The position numbers and the translations under genes are program-made. This document shows, piece by piece, positions 28,412 through 40,456 of a stretch of DNA of 64,000 nucleotides (its first letter is position 1; the number at the start of each line of letters is the position of its first letter). Source of the DNA: Ylistrum balloti (lineage: Eukaryota). The stretch is taken from positions 930,001-994,000 of the forward strand of contig NW_026781896.1 of assembly GCF_031769215.1 (NCBI RefSeq). The letters run 5' to 3'. The notes under the pieces were generated by a model. The model was given only the letters and a program-made list of their open reading frames with translations. It had not been told where the DNA came from and did not search any database.

Positions 28412-29930
28412 TATACACACACATATAAGCTTGTTGAAATGCATTTTTGCAAATCTTGACAGTGTTGGATTGTTGTGTTATCAAGTGAAGTATTCGTACT
28501 GATTTTAGAAGGATTATATCACTTTCCCACTTTCCTTTGCGAACCAAACCAGCTTGTTATTTCATGAATTGTGAAAATGACAAAGAGGTTGTTACTCATG
28601 AATTGTGAAATTATCTAGTGATCATATATTATTCTTCAAATTTATTTATTTTTACCCACAAAAACGACTTCAGACATCAACTTAATTTTAATATTCATCT
28701 TCAATAGCTTTCGAATGGACAATACCAATATCATATTTTCATCACAAGTTCATATTACAAATAATTTGTAAATGACAAAACCGTCCACACATGAGCTATT
28801 ATCATAAGGAAATGGTCGACCACTTCTGATCTATTCTATGCAGAATATTTCTTTTGATTTGTCACTAATGTTACAGAAAAGGCCATCTTTTCTTTCCGGA
28901 ACACAGGGCTTTGTTTCGTTTGTTGATGTGTCTATCATTAGGTCTCTTATATCTTATGATTAAGTTTGCCATTTTGAGAATTTCAGCTTGTTTAAATGAC
29001 ACAATGCAATACGTTTGTGTATGTATATACATCACCCAAATACATTTAAATCGTATAATCTAGTACGTATTTATCCAAAAGGCATGGAGACCCTAATGAG
29101 CATAACATCACAGTTTACTCGATACTCTAAACATACTCATTAAGACGCAATAGACGCTATATTAACGTCACAAAAAACTGCATTCAGCGTAATATTTTTT
29201 AGTGAAACCCCTGAAAAAACATCATTGCTAAAAGTTATATTAAATTAAAAATATGAATGTATATTAGTCATAACAAATGTGTTATGTATAAGCTCAATGA
29301 GCAAAAAAACTAAATTGATTTAAAGCACATTATCTTGGTATGGTATTCTTTCCAAGAATGGTTAAAAACTATATAGATATATGATTGTGAATAATACTGA
29401 AGAGTGTTTGGTGGGAAAATTAGCCCAAATCAAAGAAGAAACATACCAAAACATGAAAATGATCGAGTTTCGTGTTGGCAACATCTTCGTCGAGATTGGT
29501 GGCAAGATTTTCCAACACCCTATTGGCATACCAATAGGAATTAACTGTGGTCCTTTGTTGGCCGAGTTGTTTTGTTTTCATACGAGGCGGAATTTATCAA
29601 AATTGAAAAAGAAGTGGTAAAAACAGGTTTTTGTTTCTTCGGCAAAATCAGCTTTATTTATCTTAAACAAGGCATAAAAATTCATGCTTGATCATGAGAA
29701 CGGTTTCTAGAATACGGGTCAAGTTCTTGTTATCTTTGTATTATTTCAAGAGTTTCCTTATCATCTGTTTTGTGTTCATACGTTGCCTTCATTAATCGAT
29801 TGTGTATTTACATTATGATATTAAAACAATATACAGAAATTTTCTCATTATTATTAAAAATAAGAACAAAAGAAATTCAGTCATCTTTCAGGAAAATGCA
29901 TAATTTTAATTGGTCTACATTCTTAAGCAT

Positions 29931-31362
29931 TTAATTAAGAACATAAATTTGCCACCCAGGATGGCATGTATGTGCGAGAGAAGAACTCATCAGTGCCAGG
30001 TCGTCATGTGTCATGGGTGTGCTACTGGGATTGCTGTCTATCAACTGGATGAGTTTTACCTAGAAATATAAAACAAAAAGTGTCTTCTTGATCTGTTAAA
30101 CAAGTGTAAAAATCGTTCATGATCGCAAGGTTGTCGGTTACCATCGTGGCCAATGCCGTTAAATGACCAAGGGAGTTGAAATATCTGACAAAGCCAAATA
30201 GCTGATAGGCACGGATTTGACTTCGGCTGTCGTGTGAGATATCTAAATCAGCATTTAACTTACTATATGTATTCTGAAGGCGTCATAACATTTAACTTCA
30301 ATATTTGTAAGAGTTTTGGGGGTTTTAACGAAGTATGCGACCATATATTGTCATATCCTAATCAAAATTATTATTATAATCCACCAAATAGGTACTTTGG
30401 CTAGCATGCATTACGATCAATTTGAATGACAAATTTGTATTCAAAAGATATTTTCGCAAAATGAAAAAAAAATCACTAAAAAGAACAAAGACTGAAAGAA
30501 TCGTTAACTTCCTGAAACAGGAACTGAGACAATTAACGAATATAAACATATGAAATCGCCTGAATTATTCACTGACTTGAAAAAGTCATTCATTATTTTT
30601 AAAGATGAAAAAAATATATATATAATTTTGCAAAAAAGAAAGAATCCCTCCCTTCACTTGATCAAAATGATCTATGAAAAACTCCAAACAAAAGATTGAA
30701 GTTAAGCCTATGACGATCGTTTTCATTCCGTGTAGATAACCTGTTCATCTACTAACCTCGAGATTCCTGAGAACATGAATATCTTGGATGTGACTCTTCT
30801 CATCATCACTTGGGTTATATATCCAACACTGATGGTTACTGACTATCGCCATACGTTGCTGCAAAACGTCATCAACACTGCTAAATGATCTTTCAGCTTA
30901 TTATATTTTCTTAATGTTGAACACATATTTTATTTTAGATTTCAATATAGATGAGAGGTCACATACAAATAGAAATTCAAAAGCAGGATTGTATTAATGT
31001 TTTTAAACATCAATATTAGTTTGGGCATTTTGATGGTATTAGTCACTGAAATACAAACTGACAATAAGGTCGAAATTTTCGCGAATCAACTTTAAGTACT
31101 GGGATGAAGTATACTACATGAACATATTTTATCATAGTGTCTGTATAGAACATAGTTTGTTGAATATTTTAGATCAATGTGCTAAATTTGCTTAAATGAG
31201 ATGTCATATTCAACACTTTCGTGACATTACCGATATAATGTCATACTTGAAGGTAAATCCTTCTCCAATATGTGGTGCGTGGGTTCCATGATGTCCATGT
31301 TGGTGTGTTGTATTATGGTTGTTATGGTTATGTGGTGCCTTAGTTGTTGTCATAGCACATGT
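29931..31362 (-). pseudogene. His-rich BRICHOS-like gene, copy 5, 5'-truncated (exons 2-4 only)
   Basis: Exons 31362-31231 (…GEGFTFKYDIIS), 30858-30757 and 30059-29931 (…GWQIYVLN*) are open. Homology to the unit stops at ~32098 inside intron 1, so exon 1 (start codon and most of the signal peptide) and the promoter are absent. Confidence 0.8.
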
Positions 31363-32115
31363 CTGAAAAAAATGGAGTTGAAATACTTTTGTCGGTGTTA
31401 ATGCCAACAACTTTGAGATTTTCGAGTACACGATTTGAATTTAGCAACTATTTACTGAAAAATAAATAAAGAAGACGCTTTTGTACACTGGATTAAATAA
31501 ATACAGTTTAATATGTCTCATGAATATGAAAACAAGAGACCCATGTGCGTTCACGGTCATCTCACTCTAAAAACATATACATGATAGGGCCAAAATAGGC
31601 CTTAAATAACTTTTTCAACTACTCTACAGCTTAAACAGAAGACAATGTTGGTTAATCATGACATTTTTTGCAAACTTAATACCATATTCTTTATACATAC
31701 AATACATAATTATCATTACTCATGATGCTTAACCATTTCAACACATTTAATAACTGTGACTTTGAAAATGGGTCAATGTCATTCATATCAACAAAGTCGG
31801 TAGGCCTTCATCCTAACATGCTATAGGCCTAATATCCTAATCCTTGACTATTATGTTATTTTGAAGAAGTTATTCTAAGATTTAAACATATCTTATCCCT
31901 GTGAACTTTCAGGCGATAAAAGTAATCCTATTAACTAGAGCTTGAATCAACTTTCTGAATTTAAGAAATAATTCCCCATCCTATATGATGTTGCAGACCA
32001 AATTTGGTTGCAATCCAGCATTAAGCATTTTGAAGTTAAATATTGAATAGCTATCCCATTTGGGGCCCGGTCCACCTCTAGGTTCCTAGGAGTCAAATGA
32101 ATTTTCTGAAAACTG

Positions 32116-35100
32116 AAGACTGTTATACACAAATGAAAAACTTGTTTTTCAGTGCTTTAAACATTCCTTATTTGAATATTAATGTAACAAATGTGGTCAT
32201 GCATATGTGTCAATGTTTGACATTTCTGAGTGATTACACTATAATGGCGTCCACTAATTGCTTCATATCCTAGTGTTGAATATGTGAAACTACAATCATT
32301 ACAATATGAACCATTTGACCTTATGAGATAAAGTGGAATGCTTGAGGTATTGGAGTGCTTTAGATATAGAAGAGCGTGAAGCATTAGTATTTTACTCTGT
32401 AAGCTGAAATAAAACTCCAATCGCATAAAACAACAAGCGGCAAGAGAAAAATGAGATTTTTCTCTCTTCCTATGCTGATAAAGAGCCGGCAATAACTTTC
32501 ACAATGGGAAATTATAAACAAAGCAGACTGTTTCATCTCAAAATGACCGAAAAATTACCTGGTCACTTGAGTGCAAATGTGATAAACTAGAAGGGTCACA
32601 GGAGACTTAACTAACAAAAGGTCATACAGTGTTAGGTAACATGTATGCTCTCTAATCACATTTGTATATGTATTCATGCTGATTGGCACACATTTAGGAC
32701 AAGGTTGTATTTTCTGTTCAAACAAATTTGAAATAAAAAAGGAGCTCGTGAAATGATGTAAACATTCTTCCCCTATTAGATGTAATGAATATACATCATT
32801 GGGCGTTGGGGTTTCTCAGGAGGATGGGAAACGAGTCGGTTTGTGCAGTGAAGGTTGTGTACACTGGTAAGCCACTTTTACGAAGTTACCCTGAATGACA
32901 AGTGACGAGCCTCCCGTATGTTGTTCAATGTGATATCAACTAGCCGTTTCAAAAAGCTGTTTAGGAGGTGATGATAAATGAAACAAACATACTTTCATGA
33001 GTTACGAGAGTATCTTTAATGCTAAAAATCGTTTTCTTGTGTTCATGCTTCCACTGATATGCAATTCACTGACAATGGTATGCATCGACTAAGATGCGGT
33101 GCTACTTTATATCTAACAGGCACTATATTTATTCAAAACAGGTAAAAACGACACTGTATAAATAATCTGTTAAATTGTCAGTATTTTCTTTGTTTTTACT
33201 TCTGTATAATTACGAGTTTAGATAGGATATATTATATTCTACCTACATAGGATAAGTGTAGTATAAATAGATAATAAAGAAAGGATGCTATCTACTTGGT
33301 TCTACATTAATCAAACAAACATAGAAATTGTGAAACAAAATAATGAAATGGGTTAGCATGATGCTGACCATATGGTATAATCTCAGACATCACAACACTA
33401 CAGATAAGAATGAAAATCCAGGTCATTCCCACACATTAGATACAAATACATCGGTTAGTTCAATTCTTTGATTCACTTGTTTCCTTGCTTGGGTCCAACA
33501 TCACATTCTAACGATGAACGGATTACTTGGTCTTCTGGCCTGTATGGTCGCCTTAGTGAGTATTTACTATTTGCAGTTATTTACAAGAATTTTATTCTTT
33601 AAATCCCGTTTTTCTAACATTAATATAATACAAGGAAGTTTTTTTTAGTTCTTTGCACTCCATTGATATAAATCTCTTGCCATTTTGTCTCGTATACGAC
33701 GAAGAGTCGCAAAAGTGGGACTGACGTCACTTTTTCGGTGGCTAGGGCTTCGCCGTTAAAACTTAATGTTTGAATGATTTTCAACGAAATTTGGTGTGCA
33801 ACATTATTCAGAGTGGAGAATAATTTCTTAAATTCAGAAACTTGATTTGACTCCTGGAAACCTAGAAGTGGTCTGAAACATCATATAGGATGGGGAATCA
33901 TTTCTTAAATTCAGAAAGTTGATTCAAGCTCTGGTTAATAGGATTACTTTTATCGCTTGAAAGGTCACAGCTATCAAATCTGTTTAAATCTTAGAATAAT
34001 TCTTCACAATTATATAATATAAATTGTATGTATAAAGAATATGGTATTAAATTTGCAGAAAATGTCATGATTAACCAACAATGTCTTCTGTTTAAGCTTT
34101 ACGATAGTTAAAAAAATATTTAATGCCTTCTTTGGCCCTTTCATGTATATGTTTTTAGTGAGATGACCGTGAACGCACATGAGTCTCTTGTTTTCATATT
34201 CATGAGACATATCAAACTGTATTTATTTAATCCGGTGTACAAAGCGTCTTCTTTATTTATTTTTCATTAAATAGTTGCTAAATTCATATCGTGTACTCGA
34301 AAACCTCACAGTTGTTAGCATTAACACCGACAAAAGTATTTCAACTCCATTTTTTTTTCAGACATGTGCTATGACAACAACTAAGGCACCACATAACCAT
34401 AACAACCATAATACAACACACCAACATGGACATCATGGAACCCACGGAACCCACGCACCACATATTGGAGAAGGATTTACCTTCAAGTATGACATCAATT
34501 CGGTAATGTCACAAAGGTGTTGAATATGACATCTTATTTCAGCAAATTTGTCACATTGTTCCAAAATATTCAACAAACTATGTTCTATACAAACCCTATG
34601 ATAAAATATGTTCCGGTAGTACACTTCATCCCAGTACTTAAAGTTGATTCGCGAAAATTTCGACCTTATTGTCAGTTTGTATTTCAGTGAGTAATACCAT
34701 CAAAATGCCTTAACTAATATTGATGTTTAAAAACATTAATACAATCCTGCTTTTGAATTTCTATTTGTATGTGACCTCTCATCTGTATTGAAATCTAAAA
34801 TAAAATATGTGTTCAACATTAAGAAAATATAATAAGCTGAAGGATCATTTAGCAGTGTTTATGACGTTTTGCAGCAACGTATGGCGATAGTCAGTAACCA
34901 TCAGTGTTGGATATATAACCCAAGTGATGATGAGAAGAGTCACATCCAAGATATTCATGTTCTCAGGAATCTCGAGGTTAGTAGATGAACAAGTTATCTA
35001 TACGGAATGAAAACGATCGTCATAGGCTTAACTTCAATCTTTTGTTTGGAGTTTTTCATAGATCATTTTTATCAAGTGAAGGGAGGGGTTCTCTCTTTTT

Positions 35101-37270
35101 TTACAGAAGTTTATATATATATTTTATCATCTTTAAAAATAATTAATGCCTTTTTCAAGTCAGTGAATAATTCAGACGATTTAATATGTTTTATGTTCGT
35201 TAAATGTCTTAGTTCCTATTTCATGAAATTATTGATTCTTTCAGTCTTTGTTCTTTTTTTTTTTTGTTTTTAGTGATTTTTTTCGTTTTGCGAAAATATC
35301 TTCCAGTTTTTATCAATACAAATTTTTCATTCAAACTGATTGTAATGCATGCTAGCCAAAATACCTATTTGGTGGATTATAATAATAACTTTGATTAGGA
35401 TATGGCAATATATGGCTGAATACTTCGTTAAAAGCCCAAAAACCTCTAGCAAATATTGCAGTTAAATGTTATGACGCCTTCGGAATACATATAGTAAGTT
35501 AAACGTTGATTTAGATATCTCACACAACAGCCGAAGTCAGATCCGTGCCTATCAGCTATTTGGCTTTGCCAGATATTTCAACTCCCTTGGTCAATTAACG
35601 GCACTGGCCACGATGCGAACTGGCAACCTTGCGATCATGAACGATTTTTACACTTGTTTAACAGATCCAGAAGACACTTTTTGTTTTATATTTCTAGGTA
35701 AAACTCATCCAGTTGATAGACAGCAATCCCACTAGCACACCCATGACACATGACGACCTGGCACTGATGAGTGCTTCTCTCGCACATACATGCCATCCTG
35801 GGTGGCAAATTTATGTTCTTAATTAAATGCTTAAGAATGTAGACCAATTAAAATTATGCATTTTCCTGAAAGATGACTGGATTTCTTTTGTATTCATTTT
35901 GAATAATGATGAGAAAATTTCTGTAAATTGTTTTAATATCATATTGTAAATACACAATCGATTAATAAAGGCAGCGTATGAACACAAAACAGATGATAAG
36001 GAAACTCTTGAAACATACAAGGATAGCAAGACCTGGACCCGTATTCAAGAAACCGTTCTCATGCTCAAGCATGAATTTTGTGCTCAAGCCTGATGTCTTG
36101 TTTAAGTTAAAATTAATCCATAAAGCTGATTTTGCCGAAGGAAAAAACTGTTTTGACCATTTCTTTTTCAATTTTGATAAATTCTGCCTCGTATGAAAAC
36201 AAAACACCTCGGCCCACAGAGGTCCACAATTTATTCCTATTGGTATGCCAATAGGGTGTTGGAAAATCTTGCCACCAATCTCGACGAAGATGTTGCCAAC
36301 ACGAACCTCGGTCATTTTCTTGTTTTGGTATGTTTCTTCTTTGATTTGAACTTATTTTCCCACCAAACACCCTTCAGTATTATTCACAATCATATATCTA
36401 TATCGTCTTTCACCATTCTTTGAAAGAATACCATATAAGATATTGTGCTTTAAATTAATTCACAGTTTTGTTTGCTCATTGAGTTTAAATATATCACCTT
36501 TCTTATGACTAATACACATTCATAGTTTTAATTTATATATAAATTTTAGCGATGATGTTATTTCAGGGGATTTCAATGAGAAAATATTGCGCTGAATGCA
36601 GTTTTTTGTGACGTTAATATAACGTCTGTTGCATCATAATGAGTGTGTTTAGCATATTACATATTAGCGTATTGCATTATGTCATTTAAACATACTGAAA
36701 TTCTCCAATTTTACAAACAAACTTAATCATAAGATGTATAAGACCTAATCATTGACACATTAACAAAAGAAACAAGCCCTGTGTTCCGGAAAGAAGAGTT
36801 GGCCTTTCTGTAACATTAGTGACAAATCAAATGAAATATTCTGCATAGAAAAGAACAGAAGTGGTCGACCATTTCCAAATGATAATAGCTCATGTGTGGA
36901 CGGTTTTGTCAGTTACAAATTATTTGTAAAATGAACTTGTGATGAAAATATGATATTGGTATTGTCCATTCGAAAGCTATTGAAGATGGATATTGATATT
37001 AAGTTGATGTCTGAAGTCGTTTATGAGGGTACAAATAAATAAATTTGACGAATAATATATGATCACTAGATAATTTCACAATTCATGAGTAACAACCTCT
37101 TTGTCATTTTCACAATTCATGAAATAACAAGCTGGTTTGGTTCGCGGAGGAAAGTGGGAAAGTGATATAATCCTTCTAAAATCAGTACGAATACTTCACT
37201 TGATAACACAACAATCCAACACTGTCAAGATTTGCAAAAATACATTTCAACAAGCTTATATGTGTGTATA
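32116..37270 (+). repeat. Inverted, more diverged partial copy of the unit (gene plus flanks, no Tc1)
   Basis: Reverse complement aligns to unit positions ~6091-11420, from the Tc1 right flank to ~1.3 kb upstream of the ATG. It has more indels than the tandem units have among themselves. Confidence 0.95.
33514..35826 (+). CDS. Secreted His-rich BRICHOS-like protein, copy 6 (inverted, 137 aa, intact)
   Basis: Exons 33514-33555 (MNGLLGLLACMVAL), 34362-34502 (carries a 9-nt duplication giving GHHGTHGTHAPH), 34875-34976 and 35698-35826, with GT-AG sites conserved. AATAAA at 35964-35969. Confidence 0.88.
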
Positions 37271-38043
37271 TATATTCTTGCTCAGCATGCATTCTCCAAT
37301 ATTTTCACATATCTGATCTGTTACCATTTTGTTGTCATGTTTTACGAACAGTAAAGATTACTTATTTATATTTTTCTTGATTCAAATTTGTTTGGCCTTT
37401 ATAACATGACAGTAGACAGATATATAGACATTACATGTTGTCCATCTGACCAACTGCCTTGAATGAGTTTCTTTTAATGACTTCTAAATCTTCTGTATGT
37501 CAGTTAGGTTCCATAGTGATTTCTTTGAGCTAAAAATATGTTGGAAAGAAAAGTATAAAAGTTTCTTGATGACCTTGATCCACTTACAAGGTTACTAGGG
37601 TTATATACTCTAAATTGAAATTTTGGTTTTGGAAAAAAATTGAAATTGATGCAATTTCTTGAAATTAATTCATTTGTCACTGATAATTACGACCACTTTG
37701 GTTCCATCAGCTATCAGGTCAAGAAATTGATATCGTAGGCCAAGAGTCAATACCTTGTAACTGTATTGAGTGGGATTTCTCAGGAGACACTAAAATAACA
37801 ATTTGATTCTTTCCCTTTACAGCATGATAACAATGCTATAAAAATCATAAAACCAATTGTGACTTCTATTATGATTGTAAAATGTTCACAGGAGCTATAT
37901 TTAGACTTACGAGGTTTTACTCCCATTTTTTCCCTCGAAACTGAAGAGTTACAAGGTATTGTAGTTGTTCAGGTGTAATATTGCCTCAAATAAAGACAAA
38001 AAAATCAAAGAAGGTTAATTCAGTTTTATTTCCAGATATCATA

Positions 38044-38139
38044 TGTTTAGGTGTCGTATTCTCCGACAGTACATAGTTGGCTTAATACATCAAAGTCAGG
38101 AATGCTGAGTCCATCGTCTGAGAATACGACACCTAAACA
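38044..38139. repeat. Small inverted-repeat element (MITE-like hairpin)
   Basis: 20-bp perfect inverted repeat tgtttaggtgtcgtattctc / gagaatacgacacctaaaca around a 56-bp spacer. Confidence 0.7.
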
Positions 38140-39169
38140 AGCTAAACCGGAATATGCGACAAAGAGGAAAATTGTAAACCAGTTTTTGGATTCATAGTAA
38201 TATAGTTCCAGCTTTACTGATTAATTTTGTTTCTTATATTCCTAAAACCTTATATATATATATATATACACACATATCATCAACTATATATTGTAACACA
38301 AATATCAACAACTGATTTATAATGAAATACCTTAACAATGATCAAGTTTCATTTTCTTTGTCAGTGCTATATATTTCAATCAAGTATCAAATTTCCTTAG
38401 AGTAAGAGATTATATTTACGCATTCCAAAAATTTCAAACAGAATACATACCTGGTACAAGTGCAATGAAAATTCAAAGTTTAGCAAAGTAGTTTTTCTTT
38501 TCTTACTTTGGAAATTCTTACCTGGGTAATATCGTAAAATTAATTATGAGATGTGTGAAATCACAGGTTTAATGATGGGATTCCTTGCTCCATGAAATTT
38601 TCATATGTTCAAAATGTGTATGGACTCTCCGCTTTTATCATTCTACTATCACTAATAGAAAGTGAAATAAAAGGGAAGTAACTCTGGGAGATCAGAATCA
38701 CATCACATGATCAACATCATGTAATTGTCTCATCTGCTATGTTAGTTAAATAATTTTGAAGAAAAATACACTAAAATTCTAAAATTTGTGTCTCCTTTCC
38801 CCCTCCCAAAAATCACATCAATTTTTACTAATAATATGTAAACCTCATTGAAATACTATTGTCATGTTTAGATATATGTAAATATAAAAAGAAAATGAAA
38901 TTCTTACTAAAATTCTCAAAATACATGTACACTCAAATAAGACATTTTACCCCCAAAATATCTTTCTTCCCAAAGAGGTACCTGTCTGATAGTCTGTTTC
39001 AAATTGGCTTTACAAACAAAACCTGAAAGGAATGTTTATAAAAAAATAAAAAATTTGTAATAATTTCTCAAAAAGTTTTTGTCCAAAAATTACACCAAAA
39101 ATTGAAATTTATGTAAACTAGTTGGTGTCTATCTCCAGGTATGATTACAGTAACACTTGTACTTTAAAG

Positions 39170-39420
39170 ATAAGTGTTATGCCAGTGTAACCTCAGGTGA
39201 AGGTCTGAGGTGGGTGGTTCGAACCTCCTTACTGATGATAGTTTGTGCTTCTTGGGAAGCTGAGGAACTGACCAGTCTGTGCTGATGTGGTTGTGTCCTT
39301 GGGCAAAACACTTCACTGTTTATTACACTCTATGACAAGTAATGGGTCTCCCAATGAGGTAGCCATCTGCTCTTACAAGGTGACCTCTCCTCTAATTGAC
39401 TTTGGCTGTTCGCTAAGTGA
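39170..39420 (+). mobile_element. tRNA-derived SINE-like relic
   Basis: B-box GGTTCGAACC at 39216-39225, followed by gttgtgtccttgggcaaaacacttcac (39289-39317), a core motif typical of conserved-core SINEs. No complete cloverleaf; boundaries approximate. Confidence 0.45.
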
Positions 39421-39487
39421 CAAACCCAGCAAACGCATTATTGTCGAAATAGAAATGGCTACAAGGCATCACAGTCATTTTGTAAAG

Positions 39488-40456
39488 TCATTTTGTTTTG
39501 CGGATCATAGCAAGAACACAGATGTCACTGAAATATTTATCGTGCTCCTCAACTGGGATATCACCCTCCTCAAATTCTTCTAGCTGTCCTCCACAGCAGT
39601 AACATTCACAAAGGTCTCCAACTCCTGCAAAGCAGCACATAACAAAATGTCTGATAATTTTCACATCTGGAGTTTTCAAATCATTCACCTCACAAGTTAC
39701 AACAGACAAAACGCCTTCTATTATATTAATAAATTAACAATAAATAATTATGAATTAAATTTTATCACAAAAATATATATGAATAATATGGAGAATACAG
39801 GGAATATTCTTTGTTCCTTGAAGAACATTTATATTTTAGGAAGAAGCAAAACACATCATCGCAATGTGTATATACCAACTGGCCATTCTAATTCCGAAAA
39901 AATTACTGAGATAATTACCTGCGTAAAATAGACCAGCTTTTGCTAATTCTTCCTTATCCATGGGATGGTCAGCTGGCCATTCTGAATTTTCAAATGTTTT
40001 TAGCCGATCTTTTAACAGGGCATAATATTTGTGTTTGGGATGTTTTTTGACTGAAGATAAATCCATCTTCCTCATCAGCTCCACAACTCCTTGATCTAAT
40101 CCTTCATCCCCTGGACCATCGGTCTGTGTGTCACTCATATAGCCGAATAACGCACCTTCCATTGCAGTCTCCGTTTCTTCAAAAGTTTGACATCGTGGAA
40201 AATGGCGATAATGTTCTATGTGTACATTTTCATTTTCTTCAAAGCTATGAAGCACACCACCACAAAAAGCACACTGGACTCTGTCTTGTTCTCCAAGATA
40301 GAAAAATCCCTCATCAATCAAATCCTCTTTTAATCTATCTGATTTCGGCCAATATCTGTATGATTCCCTTCTTGTTTCTTTGACACGCAAATGTCGGTAT
40401 CGTTCCCTTGGTGGTGGAGGGGCAACATGCCTACCTAGGGTTTCCACCATTAACAT
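39488..40456 (-). CDS. Inhibitor-of-apoptosis (IAP) family protein with two BIR domains and no RING (~224 aa from the first in-exon Met)
   Basis: Exon 40468-39919 (acceptor ttttacag, donor gtaatt, phase 1) plus exon 39624-39488 (acceptor tttgcag). BIR1: RRESY..WP...EGFFYLGEQDRVQCAFCGGVLHSFEENENVHIEHYRHFPRC (CX2CX16HX6C). BIR2: RLKTF...WP...AGLFYAGVGDLCECYCCGGQLEEFEEGDIPVEEHDKYFSDIC (CX2CX16HX7C), then a stop 9 residues later. The upstream exon was not located with certainty. Confidence 0.9.

Larger units (their letters stand above)
1..32098. repeat. Tandem segmental array, unit ~7.44 kb, ~4.3 units in window
   Basis: Homologous positions recur at 1436, 8875, 16317, 23755 and 31210 (periods 7439, 7442, 7438, 7455). 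Units are near-identical but carry scattered substitutions and indels. Confidence 0.97.

Noticed and set aside
1-32098. Array as a pure assembly artefact
   Set aside because: Units carry private and mosaic substitutions and indels, and the terminal units are of distinct paralog types. The exact copy number still needs read-depth confirmation.
39190-39260. tRNA gene
   Set aside because: A B-box-like motif is present but no cloverleaf can be folded; it is better explained as a SINE head.
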